A DNA stretch of 64,000 nucleotides from Acidimicrobiales bacterium (GCA_965200005.1 OZ241331.1:763862-827861); one strand, 5' to 3'; numbered from the stretch's first letter, positions 1 through 10,375 are shown. The notes: generated from the sequence alone by a model not told the origin. Numbers and translations are program-made.

Positions 1-854
1 GCGAGATGGCTCATCCGATCCTCGTACCAGTCGAAGCTGGTGCGCGTAAATCCATCCGTTGAGCTCCACGAGTCACCCGGCGACATCGTGACCGTCTCGA
101 AGCGAGCAGAGTCGTCTCGCTCGGTCATTGAGGCCGCTACTTCAGCGGGTGTGATCAGATGTTCGTTAGCTGCCCAACTCTCGGGATGAAGGAATCCCAC
201 CATCGACCCGAAAGGCACCGCGTACGTGGGCTGCAATCTCGACATAGTGTCGTAGAAGTCATCGAGATAGGTATCACGGCTAACCAGCGTCAGATCATCA
301 GGATCATCAGGATCATCAGCGGAGTACAGCACAGGATATGACTGTGCAAACGAGTGGCTCTTGAACGCCAAAGTTGGGCGCCCGAACCGTTTAGTGATCT
401 GATCAAGAGCACGGCCACGAGTCTTTGCATCATTGAAGTCGACCAGCACTTGGTCACCGTCGGCCACGACTAATGCCGAGTCATCAAATCCGTACTGGTA
501 CGACGCCACCCGCACGCCACGACCGAGGTCAATCACCTTGCCATGAGGCATTTCCGTGGGCCGGCCGAATCCGAGGCTCTCCACTTCGCCTGCCATCACA
601 TCCACCCCAAAACGGGAAACTAGAACTCTTGCTGTCCGATCAATCTTGCGCATTGATGGGTAATGGAAGTGATCGAAGTGATGATGCGTGAGATAGATGA
701 AGTCCGGGCTGAGCATTGCAGCATCAGGTGCCGATGGCGGGAAGTGCCACCAGGAACGCCAGTAGCACGAACCGAACAACCACGGGTCCACCAACAGCGT
801 TCCTGCAGCCGTATTGATCTGCAGGCAGCTATGGCCGACGACTGTGACTTTCAT
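1..854 (-). CDS. MBL-fold metallo-hydrolase, partial (C-terminus lies beyond window start)
   Basis: Absent from the ORF track because it runs off the window. My minus-strand translation from the ATG (complement of 852-854) is stop-free down to position 1: MKVTVVGHSCLQINTAAGTLLVDPWL...DFIYLTHHHFDHFHYP. This contains the HxHxDH zinc motif of the metallo-beta-lactamase fold. Confidence 0.7.
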   Translation of the reverse strand, partial: MKVTVVGHSCLQINTAAGTLLVDPWLFGSCYWRSWWHFPPSAPDAAMLSPDFIYLTHHHFDHFHYPSMRKIDRTARVLVSRFGVDVMAGEVESLGFGRPTEMPHGKVIDLGRGVRVASYQYGFDDSALVVADGDQVLVDFNDAKTRGRALDQITKRFGRPTLAFKSHSFAQSYPVLYSADDPDDPDDLTLVSRDTYLDDFYDTMSRLQPTYAVPFGSMVGFLHPESWAANEHLITPAEVAASMTERDDSARFETVTMSPGDSWSSTDGFTRTSFDWYEDRMSHL

Positions 855-892
855 TGGCCAACCGTCCAATCCTGAGCAACTGACTCTTCCAT

Positions 893-935
893 AGACCTCA
901 CCTCACAGCCAGACTCTGGACGAGGTCTTTTTTTT
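893..935 (+). terminator. Hairpin plus T8 run (intrinsic-terminator-like) in a divergent intergenic region
   Basis: AGACCTC (893-899) pairs with GAGGTCT (922-928), with inner CCAG/CTGG pairing, followed by eight T (928-935). No plus-strand gene lies upstream, so its role is uncertain. Confidence 0.4.
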
Positions 936-1011
936 ACTAGGTTGCAAATTACGACCGCACCAGAGTCGTGAGGTCTCAAGAGCCATCAGGCACAGTTGAA
1001 GGAACACCAGC

Positions 1012-2688
1012 ATGAAATCGAGTCGAATCGCAGCTCTCATCGGCATTCTTGCCATCATCGCATTCGGATGCGGAAACGACGAGGGCGATACAGCGGACGC
1101 AACCGACTCCGACGCCGCCGCCATGGATGCGGATGCTGGCACAGAGGACGCGACCGATGGCGATACAGCGGAAACAGCCGAATCTGACACGATGGATACA
1201 GCGGATGCCGACACGATGGAAGCAACTGATGCAGGTCGGTTCGTTTACGCTCACCCGCACCCGGTAACTGACCTTGATCCCTCCAGCGCATTCTCAACTG
1301 AAAATGTTGTGCTACAGAACGTCTACGAAACGCTGACACGGTCTAATGCGCCTGGTGCTGCTGAACTCCTGGCACCGTTACTTGCCGAGTCTTGGAACGC
1401 GAGCGACGATTCAATGTCATGGACTTTCACGCTGCGTGATGATGTGACTTTCCATGATGGCACGCCCATGACTGCGGACACAGTCATCGCCTCGTTGCAG
1501 CGCACTATTGACCTCGGCCTGGGTGCAGCGTTCATCTTGTCTTCAATTGACACGATGACGGCGCCCGATGACCACACTGTTGAGTTCTCGTTGGCCTGGC
1601 CAACACCGCTTGATCTGGTTATGTCGTCGGGTTACGGCGCTTACATCATGAGCCCGGATGCCGTTACTCAAGACTCTGACTGGTTCAACGCCGGCAATGC
1701 GGGAGGTACAGGGCCGTACACCATCAGTTCGTTCGAAGCTGGCGGAGCCATCGTCCTGGAACGCTATGACGATTACTGGGGCGGTTGGACTGATGGTCAG
1801 TTCTCTGAGGCCGAAGTTTTGCGGGTTGATGACAGGGTTCTGGCTGAGCAAATGGTCCGTGTTGGTGATGCCGACTTCACTTACAACCTGCCATTCGATA
1901 GCTATGACGCACTCGATACCGAAGCCGATCTTCGGGTTGTCCGAGGCCAGTCGATGACCAATCTGTTCGGGCTACTGAACCACCAGCGGCTCTCGCCAGA
2001 AGTACGCGAAGCGCTCGTGCTGTCGTTCCCGTATGACGACATAGTCGCGGCTCTCTATGGAGGCCAGGCGAACCGCGCTCAGGGAATCATTCCCCAAGCT
2101 TTGTGGGGCTCATCCCAGGACATGAACCTTCCCGAGACCGATCTTGAGCGAGCTGCACAAATCCTGAGCGACGCTGGGGTGTCCGATCTAACGGTCACTT
2201 ACAGTCTGGATGCGGGCACCATCGAACAGCAGCAGATCGGCGAGGTCTGGAAGGCCAACTTGGCCACAATTGGAGTGGATCTCGTACTCGAACCGCTGAC
2301 ATTTGATGCTCGTTGGGAGCTTGCTCAAGCCGACCCCGCCAACGCGCAAGACATCTTCACGATGTTCTGGTTCCCCACTTACATCACGCCCTACGACTTC
2401 TTGTTCTCGCTGTTCCACACCGAAGAAGAGCCCTTCTTCAACTTGGGTTACTACAGCAATGAAGACTTCGACACGCTGATCAACGATGCCGACGCTGCGT
2501 CCGGGACAGACATCGAAGCTGCAACCGAGATGTTCCGGCAGGCCTCGCAGATTCTCATTGATGAGAACGCAGCTGTGTTCATGTTGGACGTTCCCGAGAC
2601 CGGAGTGATCCGAGCCGACGTGGAGGGCTATGTCCCGAATCCCGCTTATTCGGGTGTTGTGCGCTTCTACGATCTGACCCGATCATGA
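1012..2688 (+). CDS. ABC transporter substrate-binding lipoprotein, family 5 (DppA/OppA-like peptide/nickel/opine type)
   Basis: 558-aa ORF with a signal peptide and lipobox (LAIIAFGCGN), then a D/T/A-rich acidic linker, then a family-5 SBP-sized body. It is the first gene of an SBP-permease-permease-ATPase-ATPase operon. Confidence 0.85.
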   Translation: MKSSRIAALIGILAIIAFGCGNDEGDTADATDSDAAAMDADAGTEDATDGDTAETAESDTMDTADADTMEATDAGRFVYAHPHPVTDLDPSSAFSTENVVLQNVYETLTRSNAPGAAELLAPLLAESWNASDDSMSWTFTLRDDVTFHDGTPMTADTVIASLQRTIDLGLGAAFILSSIDTMTAPDDHTVEFSLAWPTPLDLVMSSGYGAYIMSPDAVTQDSDWFNAGNAGGTGPYTISSFEAGGAIVLERYDDYWGGWTDGQFSEAEVLRVDDRVLAEQMVRVGDADFTYNLPFDSYDALDTEADLRVVRGQSMTNLFGLLNHQRLSPEVREALVLSFPYDDIVAALYGGQANRAQGIIPQALWGSSQDMNLPETDLERAAQILSDAGVSDLTVTYSLDAGTIEQQQIGEVWKANLATIGVDLVLEPLTFDARWELAQADPANAQDIFTMFWFPTYITPYDFLFSLFHTEEEPFFNLGYYSNEDFDTLINDADAASGTDIEAATEMFRQASQILIDENAAVFMLDVPETGVIRADVEGYVPNPAYSGVVRFYDLTRS

Positions 2689-2797
2689 GTCCGGTTCTAG
2701 TTCCCGAGACTGGAGGAGTCTCCGGCTAGAGCGCAGACACACAGCAGCCCAGACCTGACAGCGAGAGGAGTTCCCCACGCGGTATCTATCGCGCAGG

Positions 2798-3778
2798 GTG
2801 TTGACCTCTTTGGTGGTGGTCCTCGGGGTCGTGACTATCACCTTCCTGTTTGCTCGCCTTGTGCCTTCCGACCCGGCATCGCTGTATGCCGGGCCGAGGG
2901 CACGGCCTGAACAGGTTGAACAGGTACGCGAGGACCTCAATCTCGATGAGCACGTCCTAATCCAGTACGTCTCATACCTGGGTGACCTGGTGCGAGGTGA
3001 CCTTGGTGTGTCCTTTGCATCCCGTCGATCCATCTCACACGACTTGGCCGATTTCCTACCGGCAACACTTGAATTGGCGCTGTCGGCGACGGCCCTATCA
3101 ATGTTGATCGGCATCCCACTTGGCGTGTGGGCAGCTGCACAGCGAGATCGATTACGAGATAACAGTCTCCGCCTGTTTGCAGTAACCGCTGTATCTGTTC
3201 CAGTGTTCTGGCTAGCCCTGATCCTGCAGTTGCTACTAGCGGGCCGGCTGGGATGGCTTCCTCTATCGGGCAGGACTTCCTCAGGTGTCTCGTTTGCTGA
3301 GCCAACTGGTCTGTTCTTGATCGACTCGGTACTTTCGGGTAGCCCATCGAATGTTTGGGATGTGATTACACACCTGATCATGCCGGTCAGTGTCATGGCG
3401 GCCTATCCCCTTGGACTCACAATTCGTTTGATCCGCGGCTCAATGGTTGAAGTGCTCGCCGAGCCATACATTGAGGCTGCTCGACTCGCTAGTGTGAGCG
3501 AACGAACCGTCCTGTTCCGTCTGGCACTCAAGAATGCGCTCGCACCCGCCCTCACGTTGCTAGGTCTGACCTTTGCCTATTCGATCTCGAGTGCGTTCCT
3601 GGTTGAGTACGTGTTCAGTTGGCCTGGTATCGGGCGGTACCTCACCGACGCAATCGTGCGGGTCGACTTCCCTGTTATCACTGCGGCCGCTCTCGTAATC
3701 ACGATCATCTATGTGCTAGTGAATCTGACACTTGATCTTGTCCAAGCACGGCTTGACCCGAGAGTGGATCTGAACTGA
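2798..3778 (+). CDS. ABC transporter permease (DppB/OppB-like)
   Basis: 326-aa polytopic ORF starting at GTG, with the EAA-type loop YIEAARLASVSERTVLFRLALKNAL. Family-typical basic N-terminal residues (RYLSRR) lie upstream of the first canonical start codon and just after an in-frame TGA (2756-2758), so the true start is uncertain. Confidence 0.85.
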   Translation: MLTSLVVVLGVVTITFLFARLVPSDPASLYAGPRARPEQVEQVREDLNLDEHVLIQYVSYLGDLVRGDLGVSFASRRSISHDLADFLPATLELALSATALSMLIGIPLGVWAAAQRDRLRDNSLRLFAVTAVSVPVFWLALILQLLLAGRLGWLPLSGRTSSGVSFAEPTGLFLIDSVLSGSPSNVWDVITHLIMPVSVMAAYPLGLTIRLIRGSMVEVLAEPYIEAARLASVSERTVLFRLALKNALAPALTLLGLTFAYSISSAFLVEYVFSWPGIGRYLTDAIVRVDFPVITAAALVITIIYVLVNLTLDLVQARLDPRVDLN

Positions 3779-3819
3779 ACCAGACGCTAGGGCTTGCCGG
3801 CCGGCTATTCGGTCACCGG

Positions 3820-4632
3820 GTGCTAACCCCCGGTAGTGCCCCATGGCGCTACCGACGCAGTCCACTTGGGATGATCGCGTTAGGCGTTCTGTGCGTGTTT
3901 GTGTTGGGTGCGATCTTTGCTGAGTGGCTCACGCCCTTCGCCGATCAGGGCCGTGGGGTACCTGACCTGCCATCTCGTTTGATGGGACCCGGCGCTGATC
4001 ATTGGCTCGGCACCGACGATCTCGGTCGTGATGTGCTCGCTCGCCTGTTGTTTGGAGCACGCACGGCGCTGATCATCGCTATCGGTGTGGTGTCGTTGTC
4101 GGTGACCGTTGGTGTGCTGGTTGGCGCAATCGCTGGGTACTTCGGTCGCTGGATCGATGAGATCCTGATGCGCATCACCGACACGTTTCTGGCGTTCCCA
4201 ACCCTTCGCAACACGATCATTGCGATCGCTATCTCCTGGTGGCCGTGGTATGCGAGGCTGGTTCGCGCTCAAGTTCTGAGTCTGCGTGAACGACCATTTG
4301 TGCAGGCAGTGCGGTCAATCGGCGTTCCTCGCCTGCGCATAATCAACCGACACATCATTCCAAATGCCATGGGCCCGGTCTGGGTGCAAGCAGCGGCTGA
4401 TCTTGGTGCAGCTGTGCTGACTGCGGCCGGCTTGAGCTTTGTCGGGCTTGGCCCTCGACCACCGACGCCGGATTGGGGAGTGATGGTCGCCGACGGACGT
4501 CAGTTTGTATTGAGCGGGCAGTGGTGGATAGCTGGATTTGCTGGGATGGCTATCACCTTGCTGGCACTTGCATTCAACCTGATGGGTGATGTGGTGCGAG
4601 ATGTCACCGACCTGAAGGCCGGTGACGTGTAG
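3820..4632 (+). CDS. ABC transporter permease (DppC/OppC-like)
   Basis: 270-aa polytopic ORF with LGTDDLGRDVLARLLFGAR, a motif I recognise from DppC/OppC permeases. Operon context supports the call. Confidence 0.85.
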   Translation: MLTPGSAPWRYRRSPLGMIALGVLCVFVLGAIFAEWLTPFADQGRGVPDLPSRLMGPGADHWLGTDDLGRDVLARLLFGARTALIIAIGVVSLSVTVGVLVGAIAGYFGRWIDEILMRITDTFLAFPTLRNTIIAIAISWWPWYARLVRAQVLSLRERPFVQAVRSIGVPRLRIINRHIIPNAMGPVWVQAAADLGAAVLTAAGLSFVGLGPRPPTPDWGVMVADGRQFVLSGQWWIAGFAGMAITLLALAFNLMGDVVRDVTDLKAGDV

Positions 4633-4649
4633 ATGCTGGTGATGTCTAG

Positions 4650-5579
4650 GTGACTGCACTGCTGTCGCTGCGCGACCTTCATGTCACTTTCGCTACACCA
4701 ACTGGTGAAGTGCGGGCAGTAAGGGGGGTTGATCTTGAGATTGAAAGCGGGGAGATTCTTGGTGTTGTCGGAGAGTCAGGATGTGGCAAGTCCGCTACTT
4801 TCCGTGCGGCCCTTGGTTTGAGTCCGCCATCTGCGACCGTTACAGGAGAAGTAGCGCTATCTGGTCAACCCTGTGATCTGACTGGTGGTCTTCAACGACA
4901 TGCGGCGATGATCTACCAGAATCCCGGTGCTGCACTCAACCCGGTGTTCACAATCGGCCAGCAACTCGGCCTGGTTGCCCAAACTAAGGATGATTCGTCG
5001 CTCTCGGACTTGCTGGCACAAGTTGGATTGCCCAAACCAACCGAAGCGCTGCGCGCATATCCGCATGAGTTCTCTGGCGGTATGCGACAGAGGGCTGTCA
5101 TCGCTCTCGCAATTGCTCAACAACCGAAGTTGCTCATCGCGGACGAGCCAACTACGGCTCTTGATGTCACAACTCAAGCTCAGATCCTTGACTTGATCGA
5201 AGAACTTCGGGCGAAGCGAGAGATCACTGTTGCCTTCATTAGCCACGATCTCGCGGTTATCCGGCGGCTCTGCGATCGGACTGCTGTGATGTACGCGGGT
5301 CAGGTTGTCGAGATTGGCACTACTACGCGGGTGCTGACATCGCCGCGCCATCCCTACACACAAGCGTTGCTGCGATCGACTCCGACGCCGGCCACTCTGC
5401 GGCAGAAACTGACGACCATCGAGGGCTCGGTACCAGATGGACGCGCCGAGATTGTCGGTTGTTCGTTCGCTCCTCGCTGCAACTACACCACGAGCGCTTG
5501 TGAAGTGACGCCGCCGCTCATTTGTGCTGGGCAGTCCGACCATCGTGTCGCCTGTGTGAATCTGAGCAGCACACGATGA
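4650..5579 (+). CDS. ABC transporter ATP-binding protein (DppD/OppD-like)
   Basis: Walker A GESGCGKS, signature FSGGMRQR, Walker B LLIADEPTTALD, and a C-terminal oligopeptide-ATPase type extension. Confidence 0.9.
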   Translation: MTALLSLRDLHVTFATPTGEVRAVRGVDLEIESGEILGVVGESGCGKSATFRAALGLSPPSATVTGEVALSGQPCDLTGGLQRHAAMIYQNPGAALNPVFTIGQQLGLVAQTKDDSSLSDLLAQVGLPKPTEALRAYPHEFSGGMRQRAVIALAIAQQPKLLIADEPTTALDVTTQAQILDLIEELRAKREITVAFISHDLAVIRRLCDRTAVMYAGQVVEIGTTTRVLTSPRHPYTQALLRSTPTPATLRQKLTTIEGSVPDGRAEIVGCSFAPRCNYTTSACEVTPPLICAGQSDHRVACVNLSSTR

Positions 5580-6403
5580 CCGACCTGGTTCGCATCGACG
5601 GACTCAACGTTGACTATCGACGTCGCAACGACACCCGGTCACCAGAAACAGAAGCCGGTGCTGCTAGTCGACTCAGGTTCCAACGTCGCAACCGGTGGAT
5701 CCGGGTGATCGACAATTTGCACATGTCGATTGCACAAGGCGAGACACTCGGTCTCGTGGGCGAGTCGGGTAGCGGCAAATCGACGATAGCTCTAGCGGTG
5801 ACAGGACTCGTTCGTGCAGCCTCCGGTTCAATCCACTACCGCGATAGCGAGATCACCGGACTCAAGGGTCGGGAACGCAGGAGAGTCCAGCGAGAGATCC
5901 AGCTTGTGTTTCAGAACCCGCAACTCTCGCTAAGCCCTCGCCGTCGCGTGGGATGGCAACTACATGAACCTCTGCGTGTTCACACATCGCTTGACACAAA
6001 AGGTCGCCAAGAGCGCATCAATGAGGTGATTGGCGATCTGCGTCTCAGCTCGGCCCTCCTGCAACAGTTCCCTCACGAACTGAGTGGCGGCCAGGCTCAA
6101 CGTGTCGCCTTAGCCCGAACCTTGGTTCTAGAACCGGCACTTCTCTTGCTTGACGAACCGACCTCTTCGCTTGATGTGTCGGTTCAAGCAGGGGTGCTCA
6201 ATCTGCTGCAACGACTAAAGAGAGACAAACAGTTGACCTACCTGTTCATTACTCACGACCTTGGTGTCGCCCGACACGTCGCAGATCGGATCGCGGTCAT
6301 GCAACGAGGTGAAATCGTCGAACTACAAGACACTGAGGAACTGTTCAATGACCCACAACATGCCTACACTCGGCGCCTCTTGTCTTCGTCACTGACGGTT
6401 TGA
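5576..6403 (+). CDS. ABC transporter ATP-binding protein (DppF/OppF-like)
   Basis: The likely start is ATG 5576, overlapping the upstream stop (ATGA). The ORF track offers a longer 5522 start. Walker A GESGSGKST, signature LSGGQAQR, Walker B LLLLDEPTSSLD. Confidence 0.85.
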   Translation: MTDLVRIDGLNVDYRRRNDTRSPETEAGAASRLRFQRRNRWIRVIDNLHMSIAQGETLGLVGESGSGKSTIALAVTGLVRAASGSIHYRDSEITGLKGRERRRVQREIQLVFQNPQLSLSPRRRVGWQLHEPLRVHTSLDTKGRQERINEVIGDLRLSSALLQQFPHELSGGQAQRVALARTLVLEPALLLLDEPTSSLDVSVQAGVLNLLQRLKRDKQLTYLFITHDLGVARHVADRIAVMQRGEIVELQDTEELFNDPQHAYTRRLLSSSLTV

Positions 6404-6409
6404 TCTGAC

Positions 6410-7534
6410 ATGAGTCTGGTAACAGAACAGGACTGTGAAGACTTTGTTGTCGGTTGCCTCTTCATGGGTACTGGTGGCGGCGGCGACCCGGCAGAAGGCC
6501 TTGACTTGTTGCGTGACGCTCTGCACGCAGGCCTGGAACTCGGGTGGGTCTCTGCAGAATCAATTGAAGACGACACGTTAACGGTCACAACGTTTGGCAA
6601 CGGGTCGATAGCACCCGAAGATCCCGCAGCTATATCCGCTCTTCGCAAGTCTCTGTACTTGGGTGAGCCGGCACGGTTTGAGGACACCATGCAGCAAGCC
6701 GTTATCGCACTTGGCAACTTTCTGGATGCGCCAGTGGGCTGCATCGTGGCGGCCGAGCTCGGTGCGTCGAACTGCCCTGCGCCCATTGTTACTGGTGCCC
6801 GCCTAGACATTCCCGTTGTTGACGGCGACTACTCGGGTCGTGCTGTTCCCGACGAGATGGGCAGTACTCCGTTCATCAACGGCATCATGAGCCATCCATT
6901 TGCTTCGGTTGACCTTTGGGGGAACGTGGCGATCGTTACGGAGACCGCTAATCCGTACATGTTTGAGCGAGTCGCAAAGATGCTCGGGATAGCGGGAATC
7001 CACGGGAACGCTATTGCTGCAACACCTATCAGTGGGAAACTGATGAAGCGCGTCATCGTGCCCGGGACACTTAGCAACTGTCTGCGTATCGGGCGGGCCA
7101 TTCGCAACGCGACGGTCGTGGGCGAGGATCCGGTAGATGCGGCACTTGAAGTCGCTGGGGGTTGGAGGCTGTTTGAGGGAGTCGTGACAGCCAAGAGCTG
7201 GCAAGACCGAGACGGTTACATGTTGGGCACGCTTGACATTGAGTGCGTCGCATCAAGCGGACTTGAGCTTCGCATCTGGTTCAAGAACGAGAATCACATC
7301 AGCTGGCTCAACGGCAAGCCATGGGTGTGCAGCCCCGACCTGATAACGCTGGTCGATCCATCAAATGCTCATGGCTACACCTCAACAACCATCGAGGTCG
7401 GCGACCGCGTGAGTGCTGTCGGGATGCGAGGCCTAGATGTGTTTCGAAGCGTCGACGGCCTAAAGCGCGGTCTCGGACCGCCACACTTCGGCTTCGATGA
7501 CATCGAATATGTACCGATCGAAGACCTGATGTGA
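6410..7534 (+). CDS. DUF917-family protein (hydantoinase-associated type)
   Basis: 374-aa ORF. The N-terminal CLFMGTGGGGDP glycine-rich motif and the length match my recollection of DUF917. No search was run. Confidence 0.55.
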   Translation: MSLVTEQDCEDFVVGCLFMGTGGGGDPAEGLDLLRDALHAGLELGWVSAESIEDDTLTVTTFGNGSIAPEDPAAISALRKSLYLGEPARFEDTMQQAVIALGNFLDAPVGCIVAAELGASNCPAPIVTGARLDIPVVDGDYSGRAVPDEMGSTPFINGIMSHPFASVDLWGNVAIVTETANPYMFERVAKMLGIAGIHGNAIAATPISGKLMKRVIVPGTLSNCLRIGRAIRNATVVGEDPVDAALEVAGGWRLFEGVVTAKSWQDRDGYMLGTLDIECVASSGLELRIWFKNENHISWLNGKPWVCSPDLITLVDPSNAHGYTSTTIEVGDRVSAVGMRGLDVFRSVDGLKRGLGPPHFGFDDIEYVPIEDLM

Positions 7535-7569
7535 CGGTGCTTCGGAGCCGTTCGTCATAGCATCACCGA

Positions 7570-8961
7570 GTGGCAAGCGTTAGGAGCCACACGCAGAGCC
7601 AGCGTGGTCAGCCTGAGCACGATTCAGATGAGACGCAGGCAGATCAGCAAGAGTCGCGCAGTTCACGATCCTTTGGGATCGTAGTCGCTGTGGCAGTCGC
7701 CCTTGCGGTCACGCTGCGATTCTGGGTGATTCTGCACTATTACCGGGATTTACCGCTTGGTTTCACTGACAACTACTGGTATCACTCCGCGGCGAACTTG
7801 CTTGCAGACGGGCACGGTTTCATCAACCCGTTCCTGTTTGACTCCGGTGTTGAAACGCCAAGTGCAGGGCATCCACCGCTGTATTCGATGTATCTGGCGG
7901 TGTGGTCACTGTTTGATGCCGACACAGCGCTCTGGCATCGACTGGCCTCTGGCATCGTTAGCTCGCTCGCGGTGATCCCGCTCGCTCTTGTCACTCGTCA
8001 ACTCGCCAGCAAAGCTGCGGGACTGGCTGCCGCGTTTGGTGCTGCCGTCTATCCGCCGATGTGGCTCAATGACGGGTTGATCCTCTCCGAATCGCTGTAT
8101 GTGACCATCGCCGCATTGATCCTGTATCTGGCCTACCGGTTCATACAACAACCAGGTTGGCAGCGACTTGTCCCGTTAGTTGTGGCCCTATCACTCGGCG
8201 CTCTTACTCGAAGCGAAGCCGTGTTGTTATTCGTCACCATGCTCGTACCAATCGTGTTGATGAAGCGCGACGTTTCGTTGAAGATGCGAGTCGGGTTTCT
8301 CGGCTTAGCTACCGCAATCGCCGCTGTGATGCTTGCTCCCTGGGTGATCCGCAATCTTGTCACCTTTGAGCAACCAACATTCCTTGCGTCTGGTGCTGGC
8401 ATCGTCTTGGAACTTGGTAACTGCGACGAGACCTACTCGGGCACTTACCTCGGGTACTGGACTTTCGACTGTGAACGCACAGACTGGTTTGAGGGTGATG
8501 AGTCCGAAGTAAGTGGCCACAAGGCTTCGGTGGCACGTGAATACATCTGGGATCATCTCGATGATCTACCCAAGGTAGCTGCGGCACGAATAGGGCGTGT
8601 GTTTGGTGTCTTCCGGCCGTTTCAGACGGGAGACTTTGATGTGTTGTTTGAGCGGCGCACACACAGCCATGTGTTCGCAGCAATTTGGCTGCACTGGTTT
8701 GCTATGGCGTTAGCTATTGCTGGGACTGTGATGCTGTGGCGCCGCGGCGAGCCTGTGTTTCCCGCGATAGCGATGGTTTGCACAACGGCCTTTGTGGCGG
8801 CGGTGTCTCTTGGCATAACTCGCTACCGCATCGGTGCTGATCCTGCGATACTGCTTCTTGCTTCGGTCGCAGCCGGCTTCGTTGTTGAGAGGATCCGTCA
8901 GCGATTTCGTGCTCGGGTGAAGTCCGCAGTGGCGCAAACCGTTTCGCCGAAGAGCCCGTAG
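7570..8961 (+). CDS. GT-C fold glycosyltransferase, ArnT/PMT-like (paralogue 1)
   Basis: 463-aa polytopic membrane ORF with first-loop motif FTDNYWYHSAANLLADGHGF, plus LTRSEAVLL and APWVIRNLVTFEQP. Both other GT-C paralogues in this window share all three motifs. Confidence 0.6.
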   Translation: MASVRSHTQSQRGQPEHDSDETQADQQESRSSRSFGIVVAVAVALAVTLRFWVILHYYRDLPLGFTDNYWYHSAANLLADGHGFINPFLFDSGVETPSAGHPPLYSMYLAVWSLFDADTALWHRLASGIVSSLAVIPLALVTRQLASKAAGLAAAFGAAVYPPMWLNDGLILSESLYVTIAALILYLAYRFIQQPGWQRLVPLVVALSLGALTRSEAVLLFVTMLVPIVLMKRDVSLKMRVGFLGLATAIAAVMLAPWVIRNLVTFEQPTFLASGAGIVLELGNCDETYSGTYLGYWTFDCERTDWFEGDESEVSGHKASVAREYIWDHLDDLPKVAAARIGRVFGVFRPFQTGDFDVLFERRTHSHVFAAIWLHWFAMALAIAGTVMLWRRGEPVFPAIAMVCTTAFVAAVSLGITRYRIGADPAILLLASVAAGFVVERIRQRFRARVKSAVAQTVSPKSP

Positions 8962-8963
8962 AT

Positions 8964-10375
8964 ATGGCAGGTCTAAGCGATGTGATTGATCGGAGTCGCA
9001 TCCTGGGCGTTGTTAGAGATCGCTGGTGGCAGCTAACCGGTGTGATCGCAGGACTCGGACTTGCGCTAAGGCTGTACGTGGTTCTGATCGCTCGACCTGC
9101 ATGTTCGCCAGATCCCGCTGAAGTTGGCTGTTTCCGTATTAACGGTGATGTTCTCTATCACTTCACTCAGGGAGAACTCATCGGTGACGGTCACTTCTTC
9201 AAGAACGGAATCGAACATCTTGCGTCTGGCAAACTCGTCGAATCTGCTGGTGACCCACCCTTCTTTGCGCTCATGCTGGGATTGTGGTCGGCACTGGGCT
9301 TTGACACGGTCAACTGGCAGCGGTTCCTAATCAGCTTCGTCGGCACATCGACTGTCGTATTGGTTGCGATTCTTGCTCGACGACTTGCTGGTGATCTTGC
9401 AGGGTGGATAGCGGCTGGACTAGCAGCGGTTCATCCACTGTTGTGGATCAACGATGCCATGTTGATGTCCGAGTCGCTGTATCAACCAGCAGTGGTGATT
9501 GTGATGATCGCCGCGGTCATCTACTGCGAAGCACCTAGCCGGAAACGAGCCGCCATCGTTGGTGTCACAATCGGGCTTGCCGCGTTGGTGCGAGCCGAAG
9601 CAGCCCTACTCGGCATCGTGTTGCTAGTGCCCTTGTGTCTTTTCGGCCGGATTGTGATGACTCGACGACTCTGGCACCTGATCTTTTCCGGTGTGGCAGC
9701 GTTGCTGGTGGTTTCACCCTGGGTGATCTACAACAACTTACGGTTTGAGGCTCCGGTGACCTTGACGGCGGGATCGGGAAGTGTGTTGATGGCAGGTAGC
9801 TGTGAGACCGCTTGGAGCGGGCCACGGATGGGATCGTGGTGGGATTGTTTCAGCGAGCGCGGACTCTGGGACGAATACGAAGAAGAGTTCCCAGGTGTAA
9901 TGGACACACCTCCTAGCGAGCGAACTATCTATGACGAATCACTCATTGACTCGTTCAACCGCCGTCACGCCTTCTCTTACATGGCCGACAATCTCGACAG
10001 ATTGCCGGTTGTGATGCTTGCGCGTGCAGGTAGGGCACTTGACTTCTTTCGGGTACAAGACTCTCTAGATAACAACACAGGTCTTGAAGGACGTTTCAAA
10101 CGCCCATCACAAGTAGGTCTGGCTCTGTACTACTTGCTCATCGTGCCATTGCTGATTGGCATATACCGGATGCGCAAGGTGGGTTTGCGATTGACACCTC
10201 TACTTGCCTGGTGGCCGTTGGTGATTGCCACCGCAGCGCTCACATTTGCTCTGACCCGTTACCGGGTACCTGTTGACCTTGCCATGATCGTGCTGGCCGG
10301 TGTTGCAGCCGGTGTGCCGCGTGTGCTCGATAAGCATTCAGGTGCCCAATCCGTCACTCAACGGATCGCTGACCC

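Noticed and set aside
4857-5543. Long antisense or alternative-frame ORFs. Examples: 4857-5543, 19136-19954, 26143-26748, 36989-37576, 55837-56457, 59005-59529 and 60838-61455.
   Set aside because: These are typical high-GC shadow ORFs. They have Arg/Ser/Pro/Cys-rich compositions, no motifs, and each fully overlaps a well-supported gene on the other strand or frame.
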